A stretch of DNA of 64,000 bases, from assembly GCA_002269645.1 (NCBI GenBank), contig NIVC01000284.1:496001-560000 (forward strand), given 5' to 3'. The notes beneath the pieces are model-generated. The model had not been told where the DNA came from. It saw nothing but the letters and a program-made list of their open reading frames with translations, and made no database searches. A program made the position numbers and the translations under genes. Positions within the stretch are counted from its first letter, which is position 1. Each line of letters starts with the position of its first letter. Below are positions 25,758-37,700 of the stretch, piece by piece. The stretch is from Macrostomum lignano (lineage: Eukaryota).

Positions 25758-28700
25758 TCAAAGTTGAAATTGGGCGATGATCAATGGGAGTAGGAGAAGC
25801 AGCCTTAGTCCAAGCGGTTGCGGGCCTTTCATAGCTCTCTTGCTGCAGGTTGTGGCATTGTCCTGTTAAGGTGTTGTAGGTTATTTTATTGTAAATTTGC
25901 TGAAATAAATGCACATTCAGGCTGGATAAACAGGCGTGCAGACTGGATAAACTGGGATAAACAGGCATGTACAGGCTGGATAAACAGGCATGTGTAGACT
26001 GGATAAACTGGGATAAACAGGCATGTGCAGGCTGGATAAACAGGCATGTGTAGACTGGATAAACTGGGATAAACAGGCATGTGCAGGCTGGATAAACAGG
26101 CATGTGTAGACTGGATAAACAGGCATGTGCAGGCTGGATAAACAGGCATGTGTAGACTGGATAAACTGGGATAAACAGGCATGTGCAGGCTGGATAAACA
26201 GGCATGTGTAGACTGGATAAACTGGGATAAACAGGCATGTGCAGGCTGGATAAACAGGCATGTGTAGACTGGATAAACTGGGATAAACAGGCGTGTGCAG
26301 ACTGGATAAACTGGGATAAACAGGCGTGTGCAGACTGGATAAACTGGGATAAACAGGCGTGTGCAGACTGGATAAACTGGGATAAACAGGCGTGTGCAGA
26401 CTGGATAAACTGGGATAAACAGGCGTGTGCAGACTGGATAAACTGGGATAAACAGGCATGTGCAGACTGGATAAACTGGGATAAACAGGCGTGTGCCGAC
26501 TGGATAAACTGGGATAAACCACAGATACTAAAATAACTAGATGGGCCACTCAGGCATATATACTTAGTAAAACAGCTTTCCACTTTCAGTTCAGTAGCAA
26601 GGAAGTATACATAAGCTATTTTATAAAAATAAAGGCAGCTGAAATGACTTTGATAAGTTTAGAAGCCCAAGCTTGCAGGCGTAAACAGCTTGCTAATTGG
26701 TTCGGCAGTAATGTACATTAGCCAGTCCACTGAAATGTACATGGCCGCTTTAGGCTGGAATCCCGAGAAAGGCAATAAAAATTAGGGTGGGGCGGGGCGA
26801 GGGGGGTAGTGTGGAAAGGCGCGGTTGGAGGTTTAAGTGGGGGAGGGGGGTAGGGAGCACGAGAAATGCCCGCAGACGAATTGCCCGCCGAGATTTGCCC
26901 GCAGGAGATTTGCCCGTGGAGATTTGCCCGCCGAGCTTTTCCCGCGGAGATTTGCCCGCAGTGCATTTTGCCCGTGAGCGAGTTGCCCGCCGAGTTTTTT
27001 CCCGCCGAGGTTTGCCCGCAATGCTTTTTTCCTGCAGCGCATTTAGCCACGCGGCAGATTTTGTCTGCATTGCTTTCCCAATGCTTAGTAAATCTCAATA
27101 AAGAGATTTACACGATCAAAACGCTTTGATAGTAACTGCATATCAAATGCATATTTTTTTGGGGGGCAATGCAGACAGAATCTAGCTGCTAAATGCGCTG
27201 CAGGAAAAAAGCATTGCGGGCAAACCTCGGCGGGAAAAAACTCGGCGGGCAACTCGCTCGCGGGCAAATTGCACTGCGGGCAAATCTCGGCGGGCAAATC
27301 TCGGCGGGCAATTTGTCTGCGGGCAATTCTCATGGACCCAGGGGGGTAAGAGCAATAAATGAGCCTTGGCTTTAAAAATACATTAAAATGCTTCTGTTTA
27401 ACTTGCTACTGAACTGAAAGTAGCTTACACGCAAATGTGCTAAGTGGCCTATCTGGTTATTCTAGTATCTGTGGGATAAACAGGCATGTGCAGACTGGAT
27501 AAACTGGGATCAACAGGAATGTGCAGACTGGATAAACTGGGATCAACAGGCGTGCAGACTAGATAAACTGGGATAAACAGGCGTGCAGACTGGATAAACT
27601 GGGATAAACAGGCATGTGCAGACTGGATAAACTGGGATAAACAGGCGTGCAGACTGGATAAACTGGGATAAACAGGCATGTGCAGACTGGATAAACTGGG
27701 ATAAACAGGCGTGCAGACTGGATAAACTGGGATAAACAGGCGTGCAGACTGGATAAACTGGGATAAACAGGCGTGTGCAGACTGGATAAACTGGGATAAA
27801 CAGGCGTCTAAACTAAACGGAATAGATTAGTAAGAAGGCATTCAGAGGATCTTATCTTTATACCGGTATTAGAAAATAAAATTATCCTAATTAAATTTTT
27901 GTAATTGCACCTGTAGCCGAATGTCTTTCTGTCCCCAAGGCGGATTCGCTCTCGGCGGTCGCGGCTTAGTATAGTTGCTGGGGCCGGATCTCAGCTCCGT
28001 GACGCCAATGATGTCACTGCATCCTCGACAATTGCAGTTGGGGTCGCCTTGTACCGCAACGAAAACTAAATTGGTGCTTTGCACATCCCGGATGTGCACT
28101 TTGCTGCGGAATTGTTGGTCATTGAGTGCATTTTGGTGGGTGTTTAGCAGTCTTAATAGACTATTAAGATTTAGATTTATCAATCGATTTGAAAAGACCG
28201 TTATAACAAAATCGATCGGATTTAAAGCTTCTACATCTATTTGTCAGGCAACACACACTTTGTTGTTTTTTGGTTGGCCCTTCACGGGTGTGAATCGTGA
28301 ACACACACAAGCTCCAAATGTCCGCGCAAACCAATGACCAAGGACTACTAAAGTAAAAGGACGCAACACTCTAAATTTATAGGAAATGTTTTTAAGGCTA
28401 TGCACTTTTCTAAACAATGTCACATTTGAATAGATGCACGTGGATCTATTTTGTCTTTTTTTCCGCTGGGACCTTCGAAATTTTCGGTATGCCTAAAATA
28501 CCTATATAAAATTAGTCACATGTACGTTGCCTTAAACTGCATTTTTAACTCTTCGAATGGTTCGATTAGCCGTGTAGAATCTAAACAATATAAATAAATG
28601 TTAATTGCAAAGACGTAGTATCCAATATTTATCTAAAGTGGCCTTCAAAACTCTTTCCCATATGAAACGAGAGTGTCGCGTCCTGTTTACATTGCTTTAG

Positions 28701-31700
28701 TTGTCCTTGTACGAGACTCGGACGTATCTATAGCTCTGAGCTGCTCCACGTCTCGTATTTTATTATCTAAGCTTATACATGTACTTACAAGGTGGCATCC
28801 CCGGAGCAGCTGTCCGCAGAGCCCTGGCAGTAGCCAAAGTCCTGAGAGCAGCTCTTCTCAATCGCACCCGCCCCCTTAGAACTGGCTGCAGCCCCGGTCG
28901 AAGCTGATCGGCGTTTCACCAGACTTCGTCGCAGCACGCAGTCGACCTCCTTGACAACACGTTTCGGACAGTTGCCCAACAGGTCAACGTAGACGGTGAT
29001 CTCCAGTTTCTGTCGAAGCCGCTTGCACAGGTGAGCGCAGGCCGCTTGATCGCCGCTCTGCATCGCGATGCAGTACGGCTGCACCAGGGCCTTCTTCACT
29101 TCGGCAGTTTTGTCCAGCGGATTCGATTTCGCGTGAAGTCTCTCAATAACTTCGTCAACTTTGCTGTCGATCTCTTCGCGTAGAAGCAGCAGCCGGCGTG
29201 GCTTCTCCTTCTCGATGGTGTCGCACTGCTTGGAGGTCAACTTGGCGAAGGCTGTGGTCGGCTGCGGCTCTCCAAACACGGCTACGACGGCGTCTGGTTT
29301 AGAAATTCAATGTCAAATTCAAATCAGCGCCAAACTAATTAAAAAATCGGTGCCAAATTAAAAAAATATATACGCCAAATTTTATGAAGAATCAGCGCCA
29401 AATTCAAATAAAAATCGGAACCAAATTCATAAAAAATAGGCGCCAAATTCAAAAAAATCAGCGCCAAATTTAATAAAAAATCAGCGCCAAATTTAATAGA
29501 AAATCAGCGCCAAATTTAATTAAAAATCAGCACCAAATTTAGTTAAAAATCAGCACCAAATTTAGTTAAAAATCAGCGCCACATTTAATAAAAAATCCGC
29601 ACCAAATTTAGTTAAAAATCCGCGCCAAATTTAATTAAAAATCAGCACCAAATTTAGTTAAAAATCAGCACCAAATTTAGTTAAAAATCAGCGCCAAATT
29701 TAATTAAAAATCAGCACCAAATTTAGTTAAAAATCAGCACCAAATTTAGTTAAAAATCAGCGCCACATTTAATAAAAAATCCGCACCAAATTTAGTTAAA
29801 AATCAGCGCCAAATTCAATTAAAAATCAGCGCCAAATTTAATTAAAAATCGGCGTCAAATTTAGTTAAAAATAAGCGCCAAATTCAATTAAAAATCGGTG
29901 CCAAATTCGATGAAAAATCAGCGCCAAACTCAAAAAATTGTAGCATTAGTAGTACGAGTAAAAAGCAGATGGATTACGTGAAATCTAGTTTTTTTATTAA
30001 ATTTAAGCAAGAATTACACCTGTAAGTATTTTTTTATGAAATTACAAATTCATCAATCTGAAGAGGCGGTATTATTCATTTTTTCTTCTTACCATCGACA
30101 GCCTGAGCTAGAGCTTGAAAAATTGAAACAGCCGAATCCGATAAGATTCTGAAATGAATTTAAACATAATAAACATAACGCATAAACGTTCGGCTTTCTG
30201 ATGATGTTAAACAATACCGTTTGAGTTGATTTTTGTTTAAAACTTACAAAAATGTTTGCATTAGCAACCAGCCGGTGAATCGAGCTGTCGCTCTGATGGG
30301 CTGAAAATTTGTTTATAATTTAAGAGAAGTATTATACTGCGCATAGCGATTGCTCAAATTAACTTTGTTTTACTTACATTTTGCATTGAAATCGAAGCCC
30401 GTTTAACTGTGATGGTTACGTTAGTGCAGATAGACTGATAATCGTACACTCGCATGCTGCAATTGAAACGATTCAAACAAAATAGGCTATTTTTTAATTG
30501 CATTTAAACATGTACTATTCATAACTTCCATTAAAAAAGTTAAAATGCTGTAAATGCTCGCATCAACTTTATATCCAATAATTTCTACGAACTAATATGA
30601 TAGGCAAGAACTATCCAGATCCCTTCCAATTGTACTCATGGTGTGCCTAATACAATCAAAGCAAAATTCTCACCTTTCAAAATATCCCTGCTGGACCAGA
30701 GCCTTCATAGCGGCACAGTTGACCTGATCGAATCCTCTGCCAACATCGTGTCGAACTTCGGAGACAGCCACAAATCCACTGCGATCCAGCAGGTAGCACT
30801 GCACGTTCAACCTTGAGCAGGTGACGCAGCTGGTGTCTCCGGGACTTGCGCAACCGCTAGTGATGCTCAGAAATGATTCTTCCAGCTTCGCATAGTCAAT
30901 CTCTGCTCCAGCAACGCCGATCGGGGACCAGGCGCCGCTGCTGCCAACTCGACTGCGAATCACCGAAGTCAGATAGACTGGGAACGCTTTGGGAAAGGTG
31001 TTGTTGGCTTTCATGTTGGCCATCACCTCCTGGCTCAGCGGCACCGTGATAACCGATAGGTCGCTGTTGGCTTCAACTTCAGTTGACAATAGAACCGTCT
31101 TCTCGTACATCTCTTCTCGAGAGGCGTTGCGTCTGCTTGACATGAAGTCGGAGCGCAGAGGTCGAGTCCGGTTGTGCCAACGGGACAGACCGGTGTTGGT
31201 CCACAGGAAGAACAGATCGACTCCCGAGCTCTGTTCAAAATGGGGTAATGGAAAGTAAGTGCACTTGCTCATAAATCACTGAATTCATCGGTAATTTTCA
31301 GAATATTGCAGTTTTCTGGAACTAACTTTTTGTGGCCAGATGTGGCTCGCAAAGCCTATACATGTATCTGACCCTCGGGTCCTTTGAAACTTCACAATAG
31401 CAACAATATGGCTCGCTCAAGGTTTGTATCTTCTCAGCTCTCTTCTCACTAATCTCATTTCTCTTCTCTTATCTTTTCCCTCTTCTCTTATCTCTTCCCT
31501 TTTCTCTTCAATCTTCTCTCTTCTCTTTAACATTCTCTCCCTTCTCTTATCTCTTCCCTTTTCTCTTCAATCTTCTCTCTTCTCTTTAACACTCTCTCCC
31601 TTCTCTTATCTCTTCCCTTTTCTCTTCAATCTTCTCTCTTCTCTTTAACATTCTCTCCCTTCTCTTATCTCTTCCCTTTTCTCTTCAATCTTCTCTCTTC

Positions 31701-34700
31701 TCTTTAACATTCTCTTCCCTCTAATCTCATTTCCCTTCTCTTATCACTCCTTTCTTCTCTCTTCGATAAGGGGCGATGAAGCTTGCTGGAGAACAGCTAA
31801 AATCGGGAATAGGGACGCCCAATCAGCGGACGAGGCCCCCATTGCCCTCCCCCCTGGCTAACGCCACTGGGTCAGCAGCTCCGCTATATTCAAGCCTCAC
31901 CTCCATTGTAGCATTGTCCACAGCCCGCCAGATTCTCTGGGCCTCCTCAGTACTCAACGCATCCGTTACAACTCGTCGAAGAAACTCAGCCGAGCAGTTC
32001 ATGCTGGTCCTGTTCGCCTCCGGACTGGCCAGCACCTTCTCCAGAGCGCAAATCGGATTCAAATTGTAGTCACCCAGCAGGTGAGCGGGGAAGGCGCAAA
32101 ACTCGTAGCCGCTCAGGCCGATTCCGTAACTACCAGCCGCTCCAACCGGTACGCAAGTCCGAGTACCATTGGGTCCTAATTGAAGCAGGCGTTCCAACGT
32201 CTCAGGACTGGCGCCTTCGCTTGGCAGGGCGCCCGACTGTGAGCTGCGATATGCTAGCGGCGGCGGCCATTGACTACCTCGTTGCCATGGTAACACCAGT
32301 GCCAGTGAGAACGGAGTCGCGCGAGAGATGGTGCCATCCGGAGAAGTTGAATTAATTGGGGCGTAGAAGTATTTGAAATCGCGATTGAATCCGCGAGTCT
32401 GAAAAGTACATTTTCAGTGATAAAAATGATACCTAGTATAGGCTTAAGAAGTGAACGTCCTAGAGTAACTTGTGTCGTCGACTCTAAAACGACGAAATGC
32501 CACAAAACAAGTCGCCAAAAAATCGTCAAACAGTCGCCTAAGAGTTAATTTCAGGCATTTTATTGCCTACAACTCTGAAATGACTCTGGGGGTCGTGGAG
32601 TCGTATCTGAGGCGGCGCCAGAGTCGCTGTAGAATCACTGAGTTGTGTCCGAAGCGCATCTGCGTTAGTAAAAAAATTAAGCGCTATAACACAACAACTT
32701 TTGGACGACGTATTCGGACTCTTTTACGATTCTGCAACTCGTGTGATGCTCTCGTGACTCAACTCAACAGTCGCTTCTATGTTGCAGCTCAAGTCGTTTA
32801 AATCGTTAAAAAGTCACAAGAGCTGCTACAGAGTCGCCAGAGTCACTAGAGAGTTGTTTAAATGACTCTCTTTAGCGATTCTGGTCACGGTAACGTAATT
32901 TCAACCTTCCAATGACTCCTTAAGCAATTCTGGTCACGGTAACGTTTTCAACCTTCCAATGACTCTCTTTAGCGATTCTGGTCACGGTAACGTTTTCAAC
33001 CTTCCAATGACTCTTTAGCAATTCTGGTCACGGTAACGTTTTCAACCTTCCAATGACTCTTTAGCGATTCTGGTCACGGTAACGTTTTCAACCTTCCAAT
33101 GACTCCTTAGCGATTCTGGTCACGGTAACGTTTTCAACCTTCCAATGACTCTTTAGCGATTCTGGTCACGGTAACGTTTTCAACCTTCCAATGACTCTTT
33201 AGCGATTCTGGTCACGGTAACGTTTTCAACCTTCCAATGACTCTTTAGCGATTCTGGTCACGGTAACGTTTTCAACCTTCCAATGACTCTTTAGCGATTC
33301 TGGTCACGGTAACGTTTTCAACCTTCCAATGACTCTTTAGCGATTCTGGTCACGGTAACGTTTTCAACCTTCCAATGACTCTTTAGCGATTCTGGTCACG
33401 GTAACGTTTTCAACCTTCCAATGACTCTTTAGCGATTCTGGTCACGGTAACGTTTTCAACCTTCCAATGACTCTTTAGCGATTCTGGTCACGGTAACGTT
33501 TTCAACCTTCCAATGACTCTTTAGCGATTCTGGTCACGGTAACGTTTTCAACCTTCCAATGACTCTTTAGCGATTCTGGTCACGGTAACGTTTTCAACCT
33601 TCCAATGACTCTTTAGCGATTCTGGTTACGGTAACGTTTTCAACCTTCCAATGACTCTTTAGCGATTCTGGTCACGGTAACATTTTCAACCTTCCAATGA
33701 CTCTTTAGCGATTCTGGTCACGGTAACGTTTTCAACCTTCCAATGACTCTTTAGCGATTCTGGTCACGGTAACGTTTTCAACCGGGATCAATTGAGTCCT
33801 AATCTTTATTGTCCATACAAAAACTAAAGCCAATCAACCGAATGTCAGACTTCATTACTCACGAAATCCTCGTAAGTTTTAATCCGACGAATCTGCTCGA
33901 TGCCTTCCTGCCGGTTGATGAGGCCCAGGCGCAACGGCAGAGTGTAGCTAGGCGCGTTGTACAGCGGCGATTCGTCGGCTGGCATCTCGATCTCGGCAAT
34001 GTCCCGGTTGTTAAAAAACAGCCTAAGATTGCCTTCGTGCTGCGAAAGATGTAAAGATTTTGGTCTATTTGGCATCTATATAAAGTTAGTTGGAACTGGC
34101 TCACGAAAGCTTGATATCTAACTTACTGAAGGATTCATACACTAATCCTCTAGAAGGGTAATGTGTTGCGACTATTTGTTTATAAAATAATGACACGTCT
34201 GTGTGGTTAAGTTAGTTTCAATCAGTCGCTAGTAAATATGTACACATGAGGTTACAAGGTTACATAAGGGGGAGAGGGTACAGAGGTGAGAGGGACAGAG
34301 CTGGAGATAGGGTACAGAGGGAGATAGGGTATAGAGGGAGATAGGGTACAGAGGGAGATAGGGTACAGAGGGAGATAGGGTACAGAGGGAGATAGGGTAC
34401 AGAGGGAGATAGGGTACAGAGGGAGATAGGGTACAGAGGGAGATAGGGTACAGAGGGAGATAGGGTACAGAGGGAGATAGGGTACAGAGGGAGATAGGGT
34501 ACAGAGGGAGATAGGGTACAGAGTGGGAGAGGGTAAAGACACCAGATTTAGCGGGGGTGGCCCGGTGCAAAAAGCTAAGCAAAGGGGTGGGGGATTCCGC
34601 ACTCACATCGAACTGCCGAAACTCGGGATGGAACAGCACGTGCCCATTATTCGTGACCAAAAAGATGTAGCCGAGAGCGCCCAGCTCCCAAGCCGGCCCG

Positions 34701-37700
34701 AGACGTTCAAAGTGATCGGTTGGCACGTCCACACCAGCCACTCCGATGAGGCGACCAATTCCGCGATGAATCTGCGATGGGGTTGGATTCGGAACTCTTA
34801 TTGGTTGCTAATTAAGGTATTCAAATCAAATTGAACAAGCAAAAAGTACAAACCGTACTTACTGTCTCATTGTCCCGAATGTCGTAGGCAGCCTGAGCCA
34901 CAGAGGCAAACAGTTTGTTTTTCTGAAATGATTTTTATTTGTTATATTGTTAGAGTAAAGTAAAAAAATTATCGTATGATTTTGTTTAACTGGAATGAAA
35001 AAAGCTTAGTATATTTATATCTAATTAAAACGAAATACATCAGTCATGCGGCAGAAAAGTACCAGTTAGTAAATATAATAAATAATTGAATTATAGTAAA
35101 ATTTTTCGGTTACTTTTTTTCATAAAACCTTGGCACTGCGCTGCTATACCCGTGCTTAGATACATGTAAGAGTAATATAGCCATAAATATTTTATTACTT
35201 CATCGCCAAACTCTAACAAGGCTATATATATATATTACTTATAGTACACTTCAAGCAAATATAAAATAATATTATTCATGAGCACTTGAAGAACCTTTGC
35301 TTTATAAACAAGAATTTCTGTTAAAAAGCATGAAATTTCAAAAAAATAATTTTTTGTTAAAATCGATTAACTTACTTCCATCAGCGCCTGGATTTTCAAT
35401 TGTATTTTTCCAGGAAATGTTACGGATTTAGGAATTAAACTTGTGCGATGATTATTGCTGTGTAGTGCAAATCAAAAATTGTTGCAGGATGCAAAGTAGA
35501 ATTTCTACGGTAATTTGCTACGAGATACATGTATCTAGGGCGGAGCCAATTATAAATAAATAACGGTTTAATGTCAAATTGCAAAAGTAATTATAAAGAA
35601 AAAACAATTGGCTTTGATTAGAATTTAGAAATCTATAAGTTGCAAGAATCAGACCTAACTACCTAATAAACGACATGTAATTAAATAAAAAAATCTACAT
35701 TAGGTTTTTAGGTTAAGCCAGGAAAAGTGCTGATAATTTTTTTTAGATTTGTTTAACAACAAAAGATGTTTATTAAAAAAAAACTTAGCAGAATTATATT
35801 TTATTTTACCACAGCCGGATCCTCCTCTGGCGTCTGGTGCGGCGTGTTGTCGCCTTTCGACGGCTTGTAAACAATCTTCAGCGAGTTGTCTCCGCCAGGC
35901 CCTCCGACACCTCTGCTGCTGCCGCTTCCGTTCACCGAGTTCGGCGTTGAAGTTGGCGTCGTTGTCGGCGAAGCTGTCGAGGCTGTCTCGGTGAAGGGGA
36001 ACACCGTGAACCCGGGGGCAGACTCCGGTTCAGCTGCCGCCGAGGATCCCGACGAGGCAGTCGCGGATTTCTTCGATAGCGAAGACTTGCGGAGCTGCGA
36101 CTCCGGGTGCGTATGCGTAATCCGGGCCGCGTACGGGTTCCACAAGGTTGGTTGTATGATAGGTGGCGAGGGGGTGGTGGTGGAGGAACAAAGGAGTTTC
36201 CCAGGAGGACAAGGAGTTTCCCAGCTTTACAAGTCGTTAACCGCTTGTTGGCGGGTGAATGCTCTCACTACTGGGAGCAATAATGAAAACGTACGCTAGA
36301 AATCTTAAAAGAGAGAAGATAGAAGTAGATAGAGAAGTAGAGAGAGGAGTAGAGAGAGGAGTATAGAGAGAGAGAAGTAGAAAGTTGAGTAGAGAGAGAA
36401 GTAGAGAGAGAAGTAAAGAGAAAAGTAGAGAGAGAAGTAGAGAGAGAGAAGTAGAGAGAGAAGTAGAGAGAGAGAAGTAGAGAGAGAAGTAGAGAGAGAG
36501 AGAGAGAAGCAGAGAGAGAAGTAGAGAGAGAGAGAGAGAGAGAAGTAGAGAGAGAAGTAGAGAGAGAAGTAGAGAGAGAGAGAGAGAAGTAGAGAGAGAA
36601 GTAGAGAGAGAAGTAGAGAGAAAAGTAGAAAGAAAAGTAGAGAGAGAAGTAGAGAGAGAAGTAGAGAGAGAAGTAGAGAGAGAAGTAGAGAGAGAAGTAA
36701 AGAGAGAAGTAGAGAGAGAAGTAGAGAGAGGAGTAGAGAGAGGAGTAGAGAGAGAAGTAGAGAGAGGAGTAGAGAGAGGAGTAGAGAGAAGTAGAGAGAG
36801 GAGTAGAGAGAGGAGTAGAGAGAGAAGTAGAGAGAGAAGTAGAGAGAGAAGTAGAGAGAGAAGTAGAGAGAGGAATAGAGAGGGAAGAAACTACAGCAAG
36901 TAAATAGTTGAAGTTGTAGTTAAGGCAAAATTGCAGACAAAAATTCAATAGTAGTATCATCCGTCAGTAGTATCATCCGTCAATTATATTAAAAAGCAGA
37001 TAATTTTTTGTACTACTATAATGCCATAAAACTTATTTAATTTAATAATTAAGCGGTTAGTAGAGATGCAAAGTTTCTGAATTGATCCCATTGCTAGCGG
37101 CTTAATTGTCTCAATATTGGCGCAGTGATTTTGTTAATATAATGTCGATTTAAAAATATTTCAGCGCTTTGCATTATGAGTCAATAATAACAAATATTAT
37201 TTAGCTGCAAAGCATAGCTATTAAAACGCAAGTTATTTATTAAAGCAACTAATTTGTATCTGTGAATTTTTTTCTGAAATTGCTTAAATACGTGAAATTT
37301 TGCTCACAAAATCACTCATTGATTCGGATTCAAAATTTAACTGAAATAAAAATCGTGTAACATAAACAAAACAATCTTAAAGTTGGATCTAAAAAAATAT
37401 TTATTGATCAATTTATTTATATTTATGATTCTTACCTGCGTTTTAATCTGGTTTTTGTGCACCCCGGTCCAAGCAAAGAAATGGTCGCGGCGGAGTGCGT
37501 TTGTTCTGGCCGTGACGGGTATGTACCGCTGCGGAGACAACGGCAGTTCACATTGTTGAATTGGAATTCTTGCGCTTTCAATGTTTAGATATCAGCTATG
37601 AATTCAAATTGGCATTGTTTACATTAGTAACAATTTGTATATTAAACCAATTTTTACTTATTCTGAATATTTTTTCTTGATAATCAAAGTTATCTTTTTT

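Larger units (their letters stand above)
25918..27806. repeat. 33-bp minisatellite interrupted by nested MITEs
   Basis: CTGGATAAACTGGGATAAACAGGCATGTGCAGA units on both sides of 26520-27473. Confidence 0.95.

Noticed and set aside
32870-33783. CRISPR-like regular repeats
   Set aside because: Head-to-tail identical units with no unique spacers, eukaryotic intron context and no cas genes; the same holds for the other arrays.
36100-36300. Possible frameshift or pseudogenisation of alpha2delta at a 20-bp duplication
   Set aside because: An in-phase acceptor at 36095 (gtcgcag|CTC) bypasses it, so the stretch is most simply intronic.
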